IMG/VR virus record: IMGVR_UViG_3300014204_000125
Span: 32,001 to 96,000 of that record
Reading direction: 5' to 3' (one strand)
DNA from: a virus
Taxonomy: Duplodnaviria > Caudoviricetes
DNA length: 64,000 bases
A program made the position numbers and the translations under genes. The notes beneath the pieces are model-generated. The model saw only the letters and a program-made list of their open reading frames with translations, searched no databases and was not told where the DNA came from. Positions 48,001-60,007 of this stretch are shown in pieces; the first letter of the stretch is position 1; each line of letters begins with the position of its first letter.

Positions 48001-49665
48001 ATGGAAGTAAAAGAGACAAACATAAATTCGTACTTGAAAGAACTCAAGACGGCGAGTAATCTGACGGGGCCGAGTGAAGTGGATAAGCTGCCGGAGCCTG
48101 TTATTATACCCTACGATTCGACAAAAACAGATAATTCGAATCCTGTTGATCCAGCTCCGATTGCTCTGGTTAAATCAATCGCTGATGAATATCTTAAAAT
48201 GAAGGTAGCCGAGATCCCCGTTAAGATGAGCGAAGAGCAAAAGAACAACGTCGTTACTGCGATTCAGGATGCGTATGAAGACGTATCGAAGGACGAACTT
48301 CTTCCCGACCTTGTAACTGTCGTTGAGGGAAACCAAACCGATGTGGATCCTCATATAGTTAAACATATCGAGGAAAATTCCGAGATCCAGAGCGCAATCG
48401 TGAACACCAAGGACTTCCTGAATATTCTGAATGCGGCCGCGAAGGTGCTGCCGGTGATGAAAAGTTCCCCCATTTACACCATAAGGCTGGAGACGTTCGG
48501 AGGGCGGCAGGACAAGTCCAAAAACAAACTCAAGATCCAGACAACCAATCTCGAAGTCTATTTCATAAGCAGCCTTGATATCGACGAAGACGATGCGACG
48601 TTCGATATCATGCTGGATCCCAAAAAGATCGTTGACATCGTAAAGTCAATGACAACCCCGGAGATATGTCTCAAGACTCAGTCTTCCCGTAGTATGCTCA
48701 CGGTGGTGGGCCAGTTCTCGATGGAGATGCCATACATGGATACCCTAGATAATTACCCGAATCTGCCTTTCGAAGAAAAAAAGGAAGACAAGAAAACTGT
48801 CAGCGAACTCAATAACGCAAATATTAAGACGGTCGATTTTCTCAAGGCCGTCGAACAGATCGAGTATGCCAGGTCTGGGGACGCAGTGAAGCAGACATAC
48901 CAGAAACTTTACATCGAATCCGAACACGGGGAGGCGAGGCTTGCCTGCACCGACGGGAAGCGGCTCGGGGTGGCTAAGGTTGCCTGTGAAATCAACTCAA
49001 TGCCGAATAGCGAGCCATTCCTGAAGCGTTTCAAAAACCTTCTGGTCCCCGAATGCGTTACCGATTCCATAAAGGCGCTCAAGACGAAGGCGGAATTCGT
49101 TGCCTTTTCTTTTATCAAAAGATACAGTCTGCCCGTCACAGAGAAGCCCGAGTCACACTACGAGATCGCTAAATATGTAACCCTGATGCTCGGTAACAAA
49201 CTGACCGGGGATACCCGATACATATTCGCCAATGAAGGCGTATTCCCGAACATAGATGCAGTTATCCCTAAAGAAGACGCCGCCAAGGTCAAGTTCTATG
49301 CAAACAAGGAGATTTTTACAAAAGCGATCGCGGGACTCAAGCCGATATGGAAAGACACTGACTCCGTAACCCTGACATGCCGGACGGATTCGATTAGTTT
49401 GAGCGCCAGGAATGCGACAACCGCGGAAGCCGCAATAATCATCACTGAGAAGCTGAACGACATAGCGACAACCCAAAGTGATTACGCTTTCCTCGTCACC
49501 CTAAACCCGAGGTATCTCTCGGAACTCGTGTCAAGGTTCGACAAGAAAGATGCGATCCTGTTTGAAATCGGCGGGGCGTCGAGTCCGATCGTTGTCAGCC
49601 TCAAGGATTGCAAAGGGACAGTTCATATTCTGATGCCGATAAGGCTGGGATACACGGGAAAATAA
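48001..49665 (+). CDS. DNA polymerase III beta sliding clamp-like protein (copy 2) with N-terminal extension
   Basis: TTNLE, NYPNLP, ACTDGKRL, GVFPNIDAVIP, LNPRYL, SPIV and C-terminal ILMPIR are DnaN hallmarks. Confidence 0.85.
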   Translation: MEVKETNINSYLKELKTASNLTGPSEVDKLPEPVIIPYDSTKTDNSNPVDPAPIALVKSIADEYLKMKVAEIPVKMSEEQKNNVVTAIQDAYEDVSKDELLPDLVTVVEGNQTDVDPHIVKHIEENSEIQSAIVNTKDFLNILNAAAKVLPVMKSSPIYTIRLETFGGRQDKSKNKLKIQTTNLEVYFISSLDIDEDDATFDIMLDPKKIVDIVKSMTTPEICLKTQSSRSMLTVVGQFSMEMPYMDTLDNYPNLPFEEKKEDKKTVSELNNANIKTVDFLKAVEQIEYARSGDAVKQTYQKLYIESEHGEARLACTDGKRLGVAKVACEINSMPNSEPFLKRFKNLLVPECVTDSIKALKTKAEFVAFSFIKRYSLPVTEKPESHYEIAKYVTLMLGNKLTGDTRYIFANEGVFPNIDAVIPKEDAAKVKFYANKEIFTKAIAGLKPIWKDTDSVTLTCRTDSISLSARNATTAEAAIIITEKLNDIATTQSDYAFLVTLNPRYLSELVSRFDKKDAILFEIGGASSPIVVSLKDCKGTVHILMPIRLGYTGK

Positions 49666-49675
49666 AGGGGGTAAT

Positions 49676-52600
49676 ATGAGTGACGCGATATTCAGGATGA
49701 CAGCGAATGGCGACGCAGAGCTTGTCTGTTTCAAGTGCAAGACGAGGGTTGCGAAGACGATGATAGTGACTAACCGCAAGGCAAAAACGGAAGAGGAGGT
49801 TTGCGATGAATGTTTCCGGGACATAATGAATGAACGGCGCCAAGAGAAAGCGAAAAGGTTCCTTGACTGGCAGAAAAGACACCAATTCGATTCAGATTAT
49901 CTCGGACAGCTCGCAGTCAGGGTAATAATGAAGGCGGAGGATTAAATTAAAGCAAGCGGGGCGACAACTTCAAACCGCGAGGAGGCAAAATGAAGGGGTC
50001 AATCATTACCAAGAACGTAAGCGTCTACAACAAACTCACGGTTGACGAGCAAGTAAAAGCGAATCTAATAATAAGTGTAAACGTGAAAGGGGATCGCATT
50101 CGAATTATCAAAAACAGATTCGGGAAAGACGAATTGCTCGCTAAGATCAGCAAGGCGTGTCAGGGCAATATCGATAAACTCGCCGTTATCATATTTCAGG
50201 AGGTTGAGGGGTAATGGACGAACTGCTTTGCCCCAACTGCGGAAGTATTCTCGAACACTGTGACAGCGAGGACTCATGGACGGATTACTGGTGCGACAAC
50301 TGTGAAACCGGGTATAATTCGGGAGCGTTTGAATTGGAGGAAATAGAATGATTACATGGTGACAGTATAAACAGGACAGGGAACACGAGATCTGGTTGAG
50401 ATGGCGCAGGGAATCCTCTCCGGGGGAACGGGATCAGATGTGGCGGGATTACTATGAAATGAAGAACGGGAGGTAACACCCATGAATTTAAAAAAATACG
50501 GCTATATCCTATCAGTCGAAGACCATAGCAAAGAACGATGGGAAAAGCCAATGCGAGAAAACGGGATGATTGTAGGGCATGAAGTGGTCCACCATACCAA
50601 ATCTAAAAAACTCTACACCTTGGGATACGATTCTATTGCTTGGGGCTTTTTACCTGAAACAATTACATTAAATCTCTCGGTTGTTGAAAAGATATTAAGG
50701 GAGGACGCAAAGCGATGTGGGTAATATACGACCCTAAATCCTATGATGGAGTTGGATATTTTCAAATAGCCGCTTTCCATAATGAAAAGGATGCAAGATT
50801 GTGTCTGTCTCTCTATAATTACTTAAATGGTGCCGGTTTCTGGGAATTAAGGTTCGAGGCTAAGGCAAGAATACTTTATGTGTGAGGTGTAGAATGATAG
50901 TAATGACTGAAGAGCGGTATCTGTCGATTAACGATGCGAGCCGGCAGGACTACGGGGATTGCGCTATGCACAAAAACATCAAACAGGATCGTAATAAAGA
51001 GATCATGATTAAAAGAATGGTCGAAAAAGGCCATGCCCTCACAGAGAAGAGAGCAAGACTTCGCGAAGAATACAGAAAGAAATGCGAAGCCGGAGAAATG
51101 AGACCTCCAACCCGGATTGAGCAGTTAATCGAAAACGCAAATGCACACGAAGACCACGAGGCCACGTTAGCCGCAAGACGGTTGCTGGAAAAGAAAGGAA
51201 TAGATTGGAGGAACTACATTCTATGAGCCTACAAAATTATGTCAAGATCAGTGACGGCAACATCAAATTGGGTAAGGGGATTATTTACAGCGTAAGCCTT
51301 ACCCCCGGGGAATCATGCAAGCCCGGAGTCCCATGTTTCAAGCCCGCCAAGCAAGGCGGTGGGTGCTACTGCGCCAAGGCCATGAGGTTGTATCCGACGG
51401 TCAGGGCGGCATGGGGATTCAACCTGGATATGGCGAAGAACATGCCGGATAAATATTTCGGGGGCATTGAAGAATACATAAAGGAGAAGTCGGTTAAATT
51501 CTTCAGGTTCCATGTCTCGGGGGATATACCCTCTCAGGATTATTTCAGAAGTATGCTTATAACCGCGTTCGACTGCCCTGATACGAAATTTTTGTGCTTC
51601 ACAAAGCGAGATGATATACTAACTAAAAGTTTAAAAGCCAAAGCCCATCTGCCCCGTAATATGAAACTAATATATTCGGTCTGGCCCGGAGTCGAGCTAC
51701 CCGACAGATCGAAAATGTATTACAATGGCGAGCCGATTCCGTTTGCGTGGGTGTTAGACCACAAGAATCCAGACCCTCGTATCCCAGAGGACGCATTGAT
51801 ATGCCCCGGCAAGTGCGACCTGTGCTTTATGTGCTGGGATGCAAGGCATGACATTGTGTTTCCAAAACATTAGGAGGTTAGAATGACTAAATATCAACCC
51901 AGATGGGTCGCGTTCTGTCGGGTTCACAGAATACCAGAAGATGTCCACGACAACCCGCCTAAAGAAAATATAAATCACACAATGGTGAATATAATGTTTA
52001 CCCAGTGGATCGACACAATGATACATCAATTATTCCCCGTCAAAGAATGGGGCGATCATTGCTCGGATAAACAACTCAAAGACATGGACAAATACATTAA
52101 CTCGATGCCGGCTAACACAACGCCAAGTGAATTGCCAATGTATTCAGAACAGAAACATTAGGAGGCGAAGATGAAATGGACCGTGCGAAAGTTTTGTTTT
52201 AGTTGCAAAAACCAAGATATTAAGCCTAAATGCAAAAAATGCTTGCGGTTTTCTTTATGGGAGGCGCAAGACTCCATTTTGGAAGCAGTAAAAGAAATGA
52301 ACCTAAAAGACGAAAACACAAGAAGAATTGGATATCCTTTCTTGTCAGGGTTTCTTAGACCGGATCCAAGATTATTTTTAGAGTAGGAGGCCAGTATGGG
52401 TCATAACCAAGAAGTAATTCAAGGCTTACTACAACTCGATTACTGCGATCGCCAGACGCTTCAAAGCATTGATTGCAGCCTGAGCAATCTGGTTGAAGAA
52501 GTCAGGAAAGCGAATAAACTGAAGGCGATCGAAATCTTGACAGCCCAAGGCGCAATAGGGGCAAATGAGGCAATTGTAAGAGTAGAGGAGATGGGATTGC

Positions 52601-54317
52601 GTGAATGAAACATGGCAGCAATTTAGCGAACGGATCTGGAGTTTAAAAGCAGACTTCAACCCGTTTCTGGTTCAAGATGGCTGGATAAGTCAAGTCGCGG
52701 ATGCTTTAAAGCGAGGTGAAAATATTCCCGAAAACATTTTAACATCCCATTCCGAAATCGAATTTAAAGATGGGATTCCATACTGGAGGCGAACTTATGA
52801 ATGAGCCCTGCGAATTCTTTCTCGCAATCGCAAATTATACGGACGGAACCGTATGCGATTGGACGATAACGGCAACCCAAGAACTCGCTCTTGAATTCCT
52901 TGACAAGACAGGCAAGCGGGTGCTCACAGAACAAGCGAGAAAGGGCATGGAATTGTTTCATGCAAGTGATTTGAAATGTTTCGTACTAACGGGGGTATTG
53001 GAAGTGAGGGAGCAATGAACGAAATAAAAGATATTACAGTGTTCAATAAATTTATAAAACAAATCGAAAAAAAATATCCCGATATTGTGGCGGGGTTTCA
53101 AAGCGCAGAGGACACATTTATTCCCGATACAATCGGCTTCGTAGCGCACCCTGCGAATATCAACGATAAAAAGCGGGTATCGGTTTTGGTTGGGATTCGA
53201 CCTCCCGATGACATAAAGCCTTGTGAGCATTTTTGGTCATGGAGGAACCTTGGTGACATAAAAGACCTGAAGAAACGCATTCTGACTCTTGTAGAAAAGA
53301 TGGTGAATGAATGAAGAAGCTATGGGCGGTGTTCAAAAAGAACTCCAAAACATTTGGAAAATATGTTTTTGCAGATGCCTATGTCAATAAACTAAACGCT
53401 CAAGCTTGCGAAAGATTAATAAAACAATACGAGGGCGGCTGGACGAAAATTGAAAAGTATTTCACGAGTCAAAAGGAGCCATTAATGTATCTCGCAATCT
53501 TGACTTTACTCAACGGGGACCTCTATAAAGTGAAAGTCTTCACCCGATACAAACAAGCAATGGCATGGGCCAAGTGGGTCACTAAAATCGACGAGAAGTC
53601 GAGGGTCGGGAATATCAAAGTGAATATAATTAAGGCGGAGGTGGAGGATGAGGCTTAAAGAAATATCCTATGATAACTACAATCGCCGGCTTCAGCGACT
53701 TGAGCGTAAGAACCTCGAAACATGTGGATCCTCGACTTCATGGGTATCCATTGGGAACCATGCTTCGAATTTCAGGGGGATTAAAGAATGCAAAATGGAC
53801 TCTGAGACCCTGATAATTGACGAGGACGCATTTAAACAATTAAGGGATAAATTCAAAAGATATTGAGGTGGAAAATGAATCTGGTGTTTACAAAAAAAGA
53901 CGCTAATAAAATACTTGGAAGGTGTTCAGGGTGCGGCAGGGAGATTTTAGTGGAACATCTTCCCGGAATGTCCCATCTATCTCAGATCGATCTCGATTTA
54001 GTAACTTATTTCACATGTCCGAACCCCAACTGTGTATGTAGCAGCGGAGGAACTTCAGAGGCAGAGGGAAAGGACTTAGTTAAAAATCTTATTAAAATTT
54101 AAGGAGGCAAACTATGTCAAAACTACCCTGGGGTGCTGGTAAAATAGTGAAGCAATTCAAATCGGTGGATCCCCATCTCATCATCGAGTTCGAGAAATAC
54201 CACAGGAAAGTTATGCGACAACATTTGGCAAACGCGGCTGAGGAGAAGAAAATGATCCTTGTCTTGAAGGCGATTAGAAAGGGCAAGGAAAAGAAACGGG
54301 TGAATCGTGAAAAATAA
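49676..54317 (+). other. Run of small hypothetical genes (about 15 ORFs of 60-115 aa)
   Basis: Packed same-strand ORFs with GGAGG RBSs and ATGA overlaps. Confidence 0.6.
51223..51873 (+). CDS. Phage gp88-like Cys-rich (radical-SAM-related) protein
   Basis: GN.KLG, SL.PG.SC, CYC, FRFHVSGD, FTKR, CP..C..C..CW...FPKH. Confidence 0.7.
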   Translation: MSLQNYVKISDGNIKLGKGIIYSVSLTPGESCKPGVPCFKPAKQGGGCYCAKAMRLYPTVRAAWGFNLDMAKNMPDKYFGGIEEYIKEKSVKFFRFHVSGDIPSQDYFRSMLITAFDCPDTKFLCFTKRDDILTKSLKAKAHLPRNMKLIYSVWPGVELPDRSKMYYNGEPIPFAWVLDHKNPDPRIPEDALICPGKCDLCFMCWDARHDIVFPKH

Positions 54318-55209
54318 CTGGGAGCCGCCGCTTCGCAATGTCGAGTTAATGCCTGTTTCCGGCGGGAACTTAAAGGCATTACTGAACTCTGGGGCGGATG
54401 CCATTTACATTTATGACATCGGCCCGCATTTCGAGTATTACTGTAACACCGAGGAGATCTTGGAGTCCCCGGGGCTACAGGGAAGGATCGTGGAATGGAT
54501 CGATCATCACACTTACGCTTGGAAATCCGAGACCCTTGAGAAACACAAGTTTCTACACATTCGAGAATCGCTTGCGTGTTCGAGCCTCGTGAGCCAAATC
54601 CAAATCAGACCGAGGCAAAGCGTAACGATCGCGTATTCGAATGATGTAGATGGGTTCATATCGACCCTGATAGCGTTATGCGAAAACAAAATGAGCCTGG
54701 ACGGACTCTTTACTATCTGTGGGGTTGCCCAAGCCTGCGACACAGCCGACTTCATTCGGAACCCCGAGGCTTTGAAATGGCACAAGGCGGTATCCGCGAA
54801 CAGGCATTACAGGCTCATCTGGGATCTCTATGAAAGCGTGAGCAAAAAGGAAACCTGGTGGAATCAATGCTCTAATTTCAAGAAGTCTATCGAGAAGTAC
54901 GATAAGACGATTCTACCGGCGAACCAGAGAATGATAAAGGAAAGGAGGTGCTATAAGGGGGTGCCGATCGTAAACTCGGCATTCGTCGATATCTGTGATA
55001 TATCGTATATCGCGGATTATTTGAGGAAGCAATCTCGTTTCTTGGTAATAGAAAGCAACGGGGCAATCAAAGTTACATGCAACGACCCCGGGATCAATTT
55101 ATCCGCGATATTCGGCAGCATTGGCGCGCCTTTTAAGGTGTCAATAAAAAGAAAAGGAAATGTCTTGACACCCGAGGCGATTGTAGATATAATATTATCG
55201 AGGGTATAA
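54307..55209 (+). CDS. DHH-like phosphoesterase with atypical motif order
   Basis: IYIYD, then WIDHH, then NDVDG. Confidence 0.45.
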   Translation: MKNNWEPPLRNVELMPVSGGNLKALLNSGADAIYIYDIGPHFEYYCNTEEILESPGLQGRIVEWIDHHTYAWKSETLEKHKFLHIRESLACSSLVSQIQIRPRQSVTIAYSNDVDGFISTLIALCENKMSLDGLFTICGVAQACDTADFIRNPEALKWHKAVSANRHYRLIWDLYESVSKKETWWNQCSNFKKSIEKYDKTILPANQRMIKERRCYKGVPIVNSAFVDICDISYIADYLRKQSRFLVIESNGAIKVTCNDPGINLSAIFGSIGAPFKVSIKRKGNVLTPEAIVDIILSRV

Positions 55210-55309
55210 GGGAGGGGAACATGCAACTCATTGAATTTGCGATTATTTTCGCATTGTCATTCGCTTGTAACTTAGCCAAATCATTTTCAGGGGAAAGGAA
55301 ATAGTCAAG

Positions 55310-55729
55310 ATGAAACATAGTCTTGTCCAGCGCGAGCTTTCTCCCGGGGTCTATATAAACAACCCACTCCGTAGCGTTAAACTACAGTGTCATAACTGCT
55401 TGCAAAGCCGCAATGTTAACGATTACGATCTCGAGTATCGCAAAGACCAGCCTTATCTTATATGCCGTAAGTGCTACATGAAATACAGCACGGCCGGCTA
55501 CATAGACGAGTCGGATGTGCATGTCGAGATCATAACAAATCAAGCCATCGAGACCGAACGGTTTTACATCGAGGGCGCGACGAAAGCTTTCTGTTATGAA
55601 GGCACGGGTTTAATCATAACCCCCGAGAACTACTATACTCTCAGGACGGGCTATGTAATCTCGATTGCGAAGGGGCCGATCATCCTAAAGAAAAGCCCCG
55701 GGGAAATACTTAAAGTACACATTTACTGA
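55310..55729 (+). CDS. Hypothetical zinc-finger protein
   Basis: CHNC...CRKC. Confidence 0.55.
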   Translation: MKHSLVQRELSPGVYINNPLRSVKLQCHNCLQSRNVNDYDLEYRKDQPYLICRKCYMKYSTAGYIDESDVHVEIITNQAIETERFYIEGATKAFCYEGTGLIITPENYYTLRTGYVISIAKGPIILKKSPGEILKVHIY

Positions 55730-55738
55730 GGAGGAAAT

Positions 55739-56944
55739 ATGATAGGAGTCGATACGGGCCATAAAACTCCCATAAAGATATGGGTGTCGAATATTGAAGA
55801 GGGCGCATTGAATCAGGCATATAATCTAGCAGATCTTCCTTTTGTTTTTAAACATATCGCCCTTATGCCTGATTCCCATCAGGGTTATGGGATGCCCATA
55901 GGTGGCGTGCTTGCAACCAAAGGTATAATAATCCCAAACGCTGTCGGAGTAGATATTTCTTGTGGCGTAGCCTGTATCAAAACAAGCCTTAAAACAGAAA
56001 CAACTTCGATTGAGCAAATTAAGGAACTCATGGGCTTTATCCGAAAAGCTATCCCTCTCGGACATAACCATCACAGCGAAGCAAAAATATCCGAAATGGA
56101 ATTTTATTGCGGGCCAAAGGATTCAATAAATAAAGATAAATATCCTATTTTCTATCAGGAATACAATTCGGCAACTCACCAGATAGGCACGCTCGGCGGA
56201 GGAAATCACTTTATAGAAATCCAAAAAGACCCGGAAGGGTTTATATGGGTCATGATTCACTCCGGTTCCCGCAATATTGGAAAAAAGGTAGCAGACCATT
56301 ACAATGAAAGAGCAAAAAACGAAAACTGGAGATGGTTCTCTTCGGTCCCTAAAGAGGTAGATCTTGCATTTCTTCCTCTCGAATCGGAGATTGGACTTCA
56401 GTATTTTAAAGAACAACAAATGTGCGGCACGTTCGCGAAAGCAAACAGGGAAGTAATGTTATCTTCCATTATGGCAATAATAAAAAATATGTTCCCTGAA
56501 TGCGAATTTCTTCCTATCGTATATGAAAATCCGATATTTGACATCGCTCATAACTATGCCGACATCGAGAACCACTTCGGCGTCAATGTAATTGTACATC
56601 GCAAGGGAGCCACGAGAGCATATGAAGGCCAACTTGGGATAATCCCGGGAAGCCAAGGCACAAAATCATATATAGTGAGAGGGCTCGGCAACCCCGACTC
56701 ATTCAAGTCGTGTTCTCACGGCGCCGGCCGTAAGATGGGCCGCAAGGTAGCGCAGCAAAGCCTTAATCTTCAGGATGAAATAGATCGAATGAATTCGCAA
56801 GGAATCGTTCACAGTATTCGTTCGGCAAAAGATCTTGACGAGGCCGCGGGGGCTTACAAGGACATAGACGAAGTAATGGAAAACCAGAAAGACCTCGTTG
56901 AAATCGTAACCGAACTTAAACCAATCGCAGTTATAAAAGCATAG
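55739..56944 (+). CDS. rtcB: RtcB RNA ligase
   Basis: MPDSHQGYGMPIGG, VGVDISCG, GTLGGGNHF, HSGSR, HNY, HRKGAT, IPGSQG, SCSHGAGR, DEAAGAYKDI. Confidence 0.95.
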   Translation: MIGVDTGHKTPIKIWVSNIEEGALNQAYNLADLPFVFKHIALMPDSHQGYGMPIGGVLATKGIIIPNAVGVDISCGVACIKTSLKTETTSIEQIKELMGFIRKAIPLGHNHHSEAKISEMEFYCGPKDSINKDKYPIFYQEYNSATHQIGTLGGGNHFIEIQKDPEGFIWVMIHSGSRNIGKKVADHYNERAKNENWRWFSSVPKEVDLAFLPLESEIGLQYFKEQQMCGTFAKANREVMLSSIMAIIKNMFPECEFLPIVYENPIFDIAHNYADIENHFGVNVIVHRKGATRAYEGQLGIIPGSQGTKSYIVRGLGNPDSFKSCSHGAGRKMGRKVAQQSLNLQDEIDRMNSQGIVHSIRSAKDLDEAAGAYKDIDEVMENQKDLVEIVTELKPIAVIKA

Positions 56945-57278
56945 GAGGCAATATGGATCTTTTGGTGTGCGCCGTTAAAGTTAAAAACGTCGAGATCGGA
57001 ATGGACGTAATTAACGGCAAGGAAACATACTATACGACAACATCGGTTGAAGTTGGACCGCGTCCCGACAGTTTGTCAAATTTGAACATCAAACCTGGGA
57101 AGCTGCCAAAACCGCCCTTACGGAAATAATTTCCAAAATAAACAGTTTCATTTGGGCGGTCTGCGAAGTAACGGGGGATTCGAAGATCTTCGTCAAAAAC
57201 CTCAAATTTAACGTGAACGCGGATTTCTCGAAAAAAATAGAAGAAATATTACAGAAATATTAAAATATGGGAGGAAAT

Positions 57279-58487
57279 ATGTCAGAAAAAAGGGAAAACA
57301 AACAACTCACGATCGTTAATATGGCATACGAGAGCGCTGTCAAGGCGTGGTCAATGCCGGAGCAGGAACTCAAGACAATCTTCGGTCCCGATCTCACCGT
57401 AAACGAATTCACAGTGTTCCTTGGGATGGGAAGAGCGTTAGGCGCTAATCCATTCCTGAGAGAGATATGGGCGGTAAAATACAATAAATCCAAACCGGCT
57501 TCGATATTTCTCGGCCGCGATTTCTATCGCAGGAAACTTCAGGAACAGCCCAATTACATTGATCACATCGTGAAGCCCATATTCACGAATGATGATCTCG
57601 AAATAGGCCCCGACCAGAAGATCCTAAAACATAACCATAATTTCAAGGAACGCGGCGGGCTTATCGGTGCGTACTGCTGCCTTATATGCACTGATTCACA
57701 GGGCAAGGAAAGGCACCGCACCCATATCGTTTATATGGAAGAATACGCACAGACAAAGGAAGTCTGGGCGAATGGACAGCCCACGGGCCAGAGAGTTCTC
57801 ACCGAAACATGGGCCGGCAAACCCATAACAATGATATGCAAAGTCGCGGAAGCCCAGTGCATTCGTATGTACTATCAGAGTCTCTTCGCTGGGACTTACG
57901 ACGAGTCCGAGGCATGGTATGAGGCCAATAAAGCCAAGGAACTCGCGGAAGAAAAATTCAGAGACCTCCCCGCAATGCAAAATCAGCAACAGATAACCGG
58001 CGCGGAGCAACAGGCACAGTATCCCGGATATGAACCCGTCGATACCGTACAGTCAGGACAGACCCAGATGGAGATCCCTGCGGAAACAGTGCAGGCTCCC
58101 GTTAATCCCTACATTACCCCGGCACAGACGGCCCCGGCGCCGACAGTACAGCCACAGGCCCAGACGCCCCCGTCGGCTTCCCAGACGGGAGACCCCACAA
58201 GGGATTACCTCATGGGCAAGATCGTTGAAATAAAAGAAAGATTTTTCCCATCTTCTCCGGTAAACGATGAAAAAGTAAACTCATCTGCGGCTATGGCATT
58301 CCGCAATAAATGCCTCGAAGTCACGGGTAATCCGAACCTTTCGATTAAGGCAAGCACGAACGCGGAAGTCGAAACTCTTCTCGTCAGACTCGAAATGGCG
58401 CTATCGAATACAGCGAAGCCGGCACCCGTTGCCAATGGAATCCCCGGTGCGGGAATGCCCAATGATCCCTACGCCAAGAAATTCTAA
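57279..58487 (+). CDS. RecT/Redbeta-family single-strand annealing protein
   Basis: ANPFLREIWAVKY...IFLGRDFYRR, GAYC, W...P.TMICKVAEAQCIR, G.YDESE; Q/P-rich linker and a C-terminal domain. Confidence 0.85.
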   Translation: MSEKRENKQLTIVNMAYESAVKAWSMPEQELKTIFGPDLTVNEFTVFLGMGRALGANPFLREIWAVKYNKSKPASIFLGRDFYRRKLQEQPNYIDHIVKPIFTNDDLEIGPDQKILKHNHNFKERGGLIGAYCCLICTDSQGKERHRTHIVYMEEYAQTKEVWANGQPTGQRVLTETWAGKPITMICKVAEAQCIRMYYQSLFAGTYDESEAWYEANKAKELAEEKFRDLPAMQNQQQITGAEQQAQYPGYEPVDTVQSGQTQMEIPAETVQAPVNPYITPAQTAPAPTVQPQAQTPPSASQTGDPTRDYLMGKIVEIKERFFPSSPVNDEKVNSSAAMAFRNKCLEVTGNPNLSIKASTNAEVETLLVRLEMALSNTAKPAPVANGIPGAGMPNDPYAKKF

Positions 58488-58498
58488 GGAGCGAACTT

Positions 58499-59818
58499 AT
58501 GAGCCTCAATCAGAATGCTGCCAGCAATAGCTTCGGGATTCTGGAGGCTGATCCCATATTACAGAACGAGGTGGATCTCCTGTTAATGCTCGCGGAACAT
58601 CCCGATATGTCGGAGGTGGTCCGTGAGCAAATAACAGAAGAACTTATTTCGAGTTCATGTGTGGGCCGGCTCCTGAAAAGTTTCGTGATGGAGAACCGCC
58701 CGATAACCCTGGCAACAATCCAAGACACGATAGCAGACCCGACCCTATGTATGTCGTTACAGACCCGGTACAGTTCAAAGGAAGACATCTTCAAGATTAT
58801 GGACAATCTCACGGTGTCATATAAACTGAGATATACCCGTGAGATACTTCCAAGGCTTCTCTCTAAATCGAAAACGCTTCTCGAAAGCGAAGACATAATA
58901 AACAAAGCGAACCAAATAACACAAATCGGACGGGTTAATCAGAAACTCATGAATAAGCAAAGGTATATCAAGGAATTCGAACTCTATCAAGCCGATAAGA
59001 CTCCGGGCTGGGGAACAGGGCTACCCCTTCTGGATCGCCAAATGACAGGCGGGATAAAGCCGAGTCAGTTGATGGTTATCGCCGCGGAAACGAGTGTTGG
59101 AAAGACAATGCTTGCGTATCAAATCATCATGAATATGGTGATTGCGAATGGTGCCTCGGCCGCAATGTTCTGCCTTGAAATGCCTTTGATGGATACCCTG
59201 AATCGATTGATCCCGCCCTTCACCCAGACGGTTCGAAGCGTCGATCTCGTCGAGAAAACATTGTCCCCGGCCCAGATGGCGGAGGCAAGGATCGCCCTCA
59301 ACTACATAGAATCCCAGAGGGTGATTATAATCGATGACGAGTTCGATATCCGCTCGATCACACATAAGATCCGGCTCATGGCGAAGCAGGGAGTAAACCT
59401 ATTCCTTATCGACTATCTCCAACTCGCAATGAAAGACCCGGCGAGTGTTAAGGAAGTTGAGGAAATAACCCGAGACCTGAAACGGCTCGCGATGTCTTTG
59501 AATGTTTTGATAATTCTGGTAGCGCAGTTCCACAGGAAAGACGATATCAAAATGTATAAAGATGTCGTGGTTAAACGTAAACCTTTACTCTCGGACTTGA
59601 AGGGAGGCTCCGCGATCGAGTGTAATAGTGACAAGGTAATGTTCCTTCACTATGACCCGGAATGGAGCGGGAACTACCTTGCGAGTTCATACGTCGAGTT
59701 TATGATGGCAAAAAACAGACAGGGCCCGGGAGCGTTTTCCGGAATATACTTAATGCTGGATAAGATGAAATGTTTCTTCCAACAAACCGAATGGCGTCCG
59801 CCACAGAAGGAGCGATAA
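58499..59818 (+). CDS. dnaB: Replicative DNA helicase DnaB
   Basis: TG...LD...GG, IAAETSVGKT, FCLEM, IDYLQL, SDLKGGSAIE..SD, KNRQG. Confidence 0.92.
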   Translation: MSLNQNAASNSFGILEADPILQNEVDLLLMLAEHPDMSEVVREQITEELISSSCVGRLLKSFVMENRPITLATIQDTIADPTLCMSLQTRYSSKEDIFKIMDNLTVSYKLRYTREILPRLLSKSKTLLESEDIINKANQITQIGRVNQKLMNKQRYIKEFELYQADKTPGWGTGLPLLDRQMTGGIKPSQLMVIAAETSVGKTMLAYQIIMNMVIANGASAAMFCLEMPLMDTLNRLIPPFTQTVRSVDLVEKTLSPAQMAEARIALNYIESQRVIIIDDEFDIRSITHKIRLMAKQGVNLFLIDYLQLAMKDPASVKEVEEITRDLKRLAMSLNVLIILVAQFHRKDDIKMYKDVVVKRKPLLSDLKGGSAIECNSDKVMFLHYDPEWSGNYLASSYVEFMMAKNRQGPGAFSGIYLMLDKMKCFFQQTEWRPPQKER

Positions 59819-60007
59819 CATCGAATTAATTAAAATAAGAACCCAATTTCTATCCAAACAAAATCTCGATACGTTTGACCTTTCGCTTAAAGCCGCGTAT
59901 GCAGAGGCTCCACCGATTCAATGTTATTCCAGCGAAAAAACCACATCAATATGCGATCTCAATGTAACCTACATATCCCCGGATTATAATAAATACAGGA
60001 GGCTACC

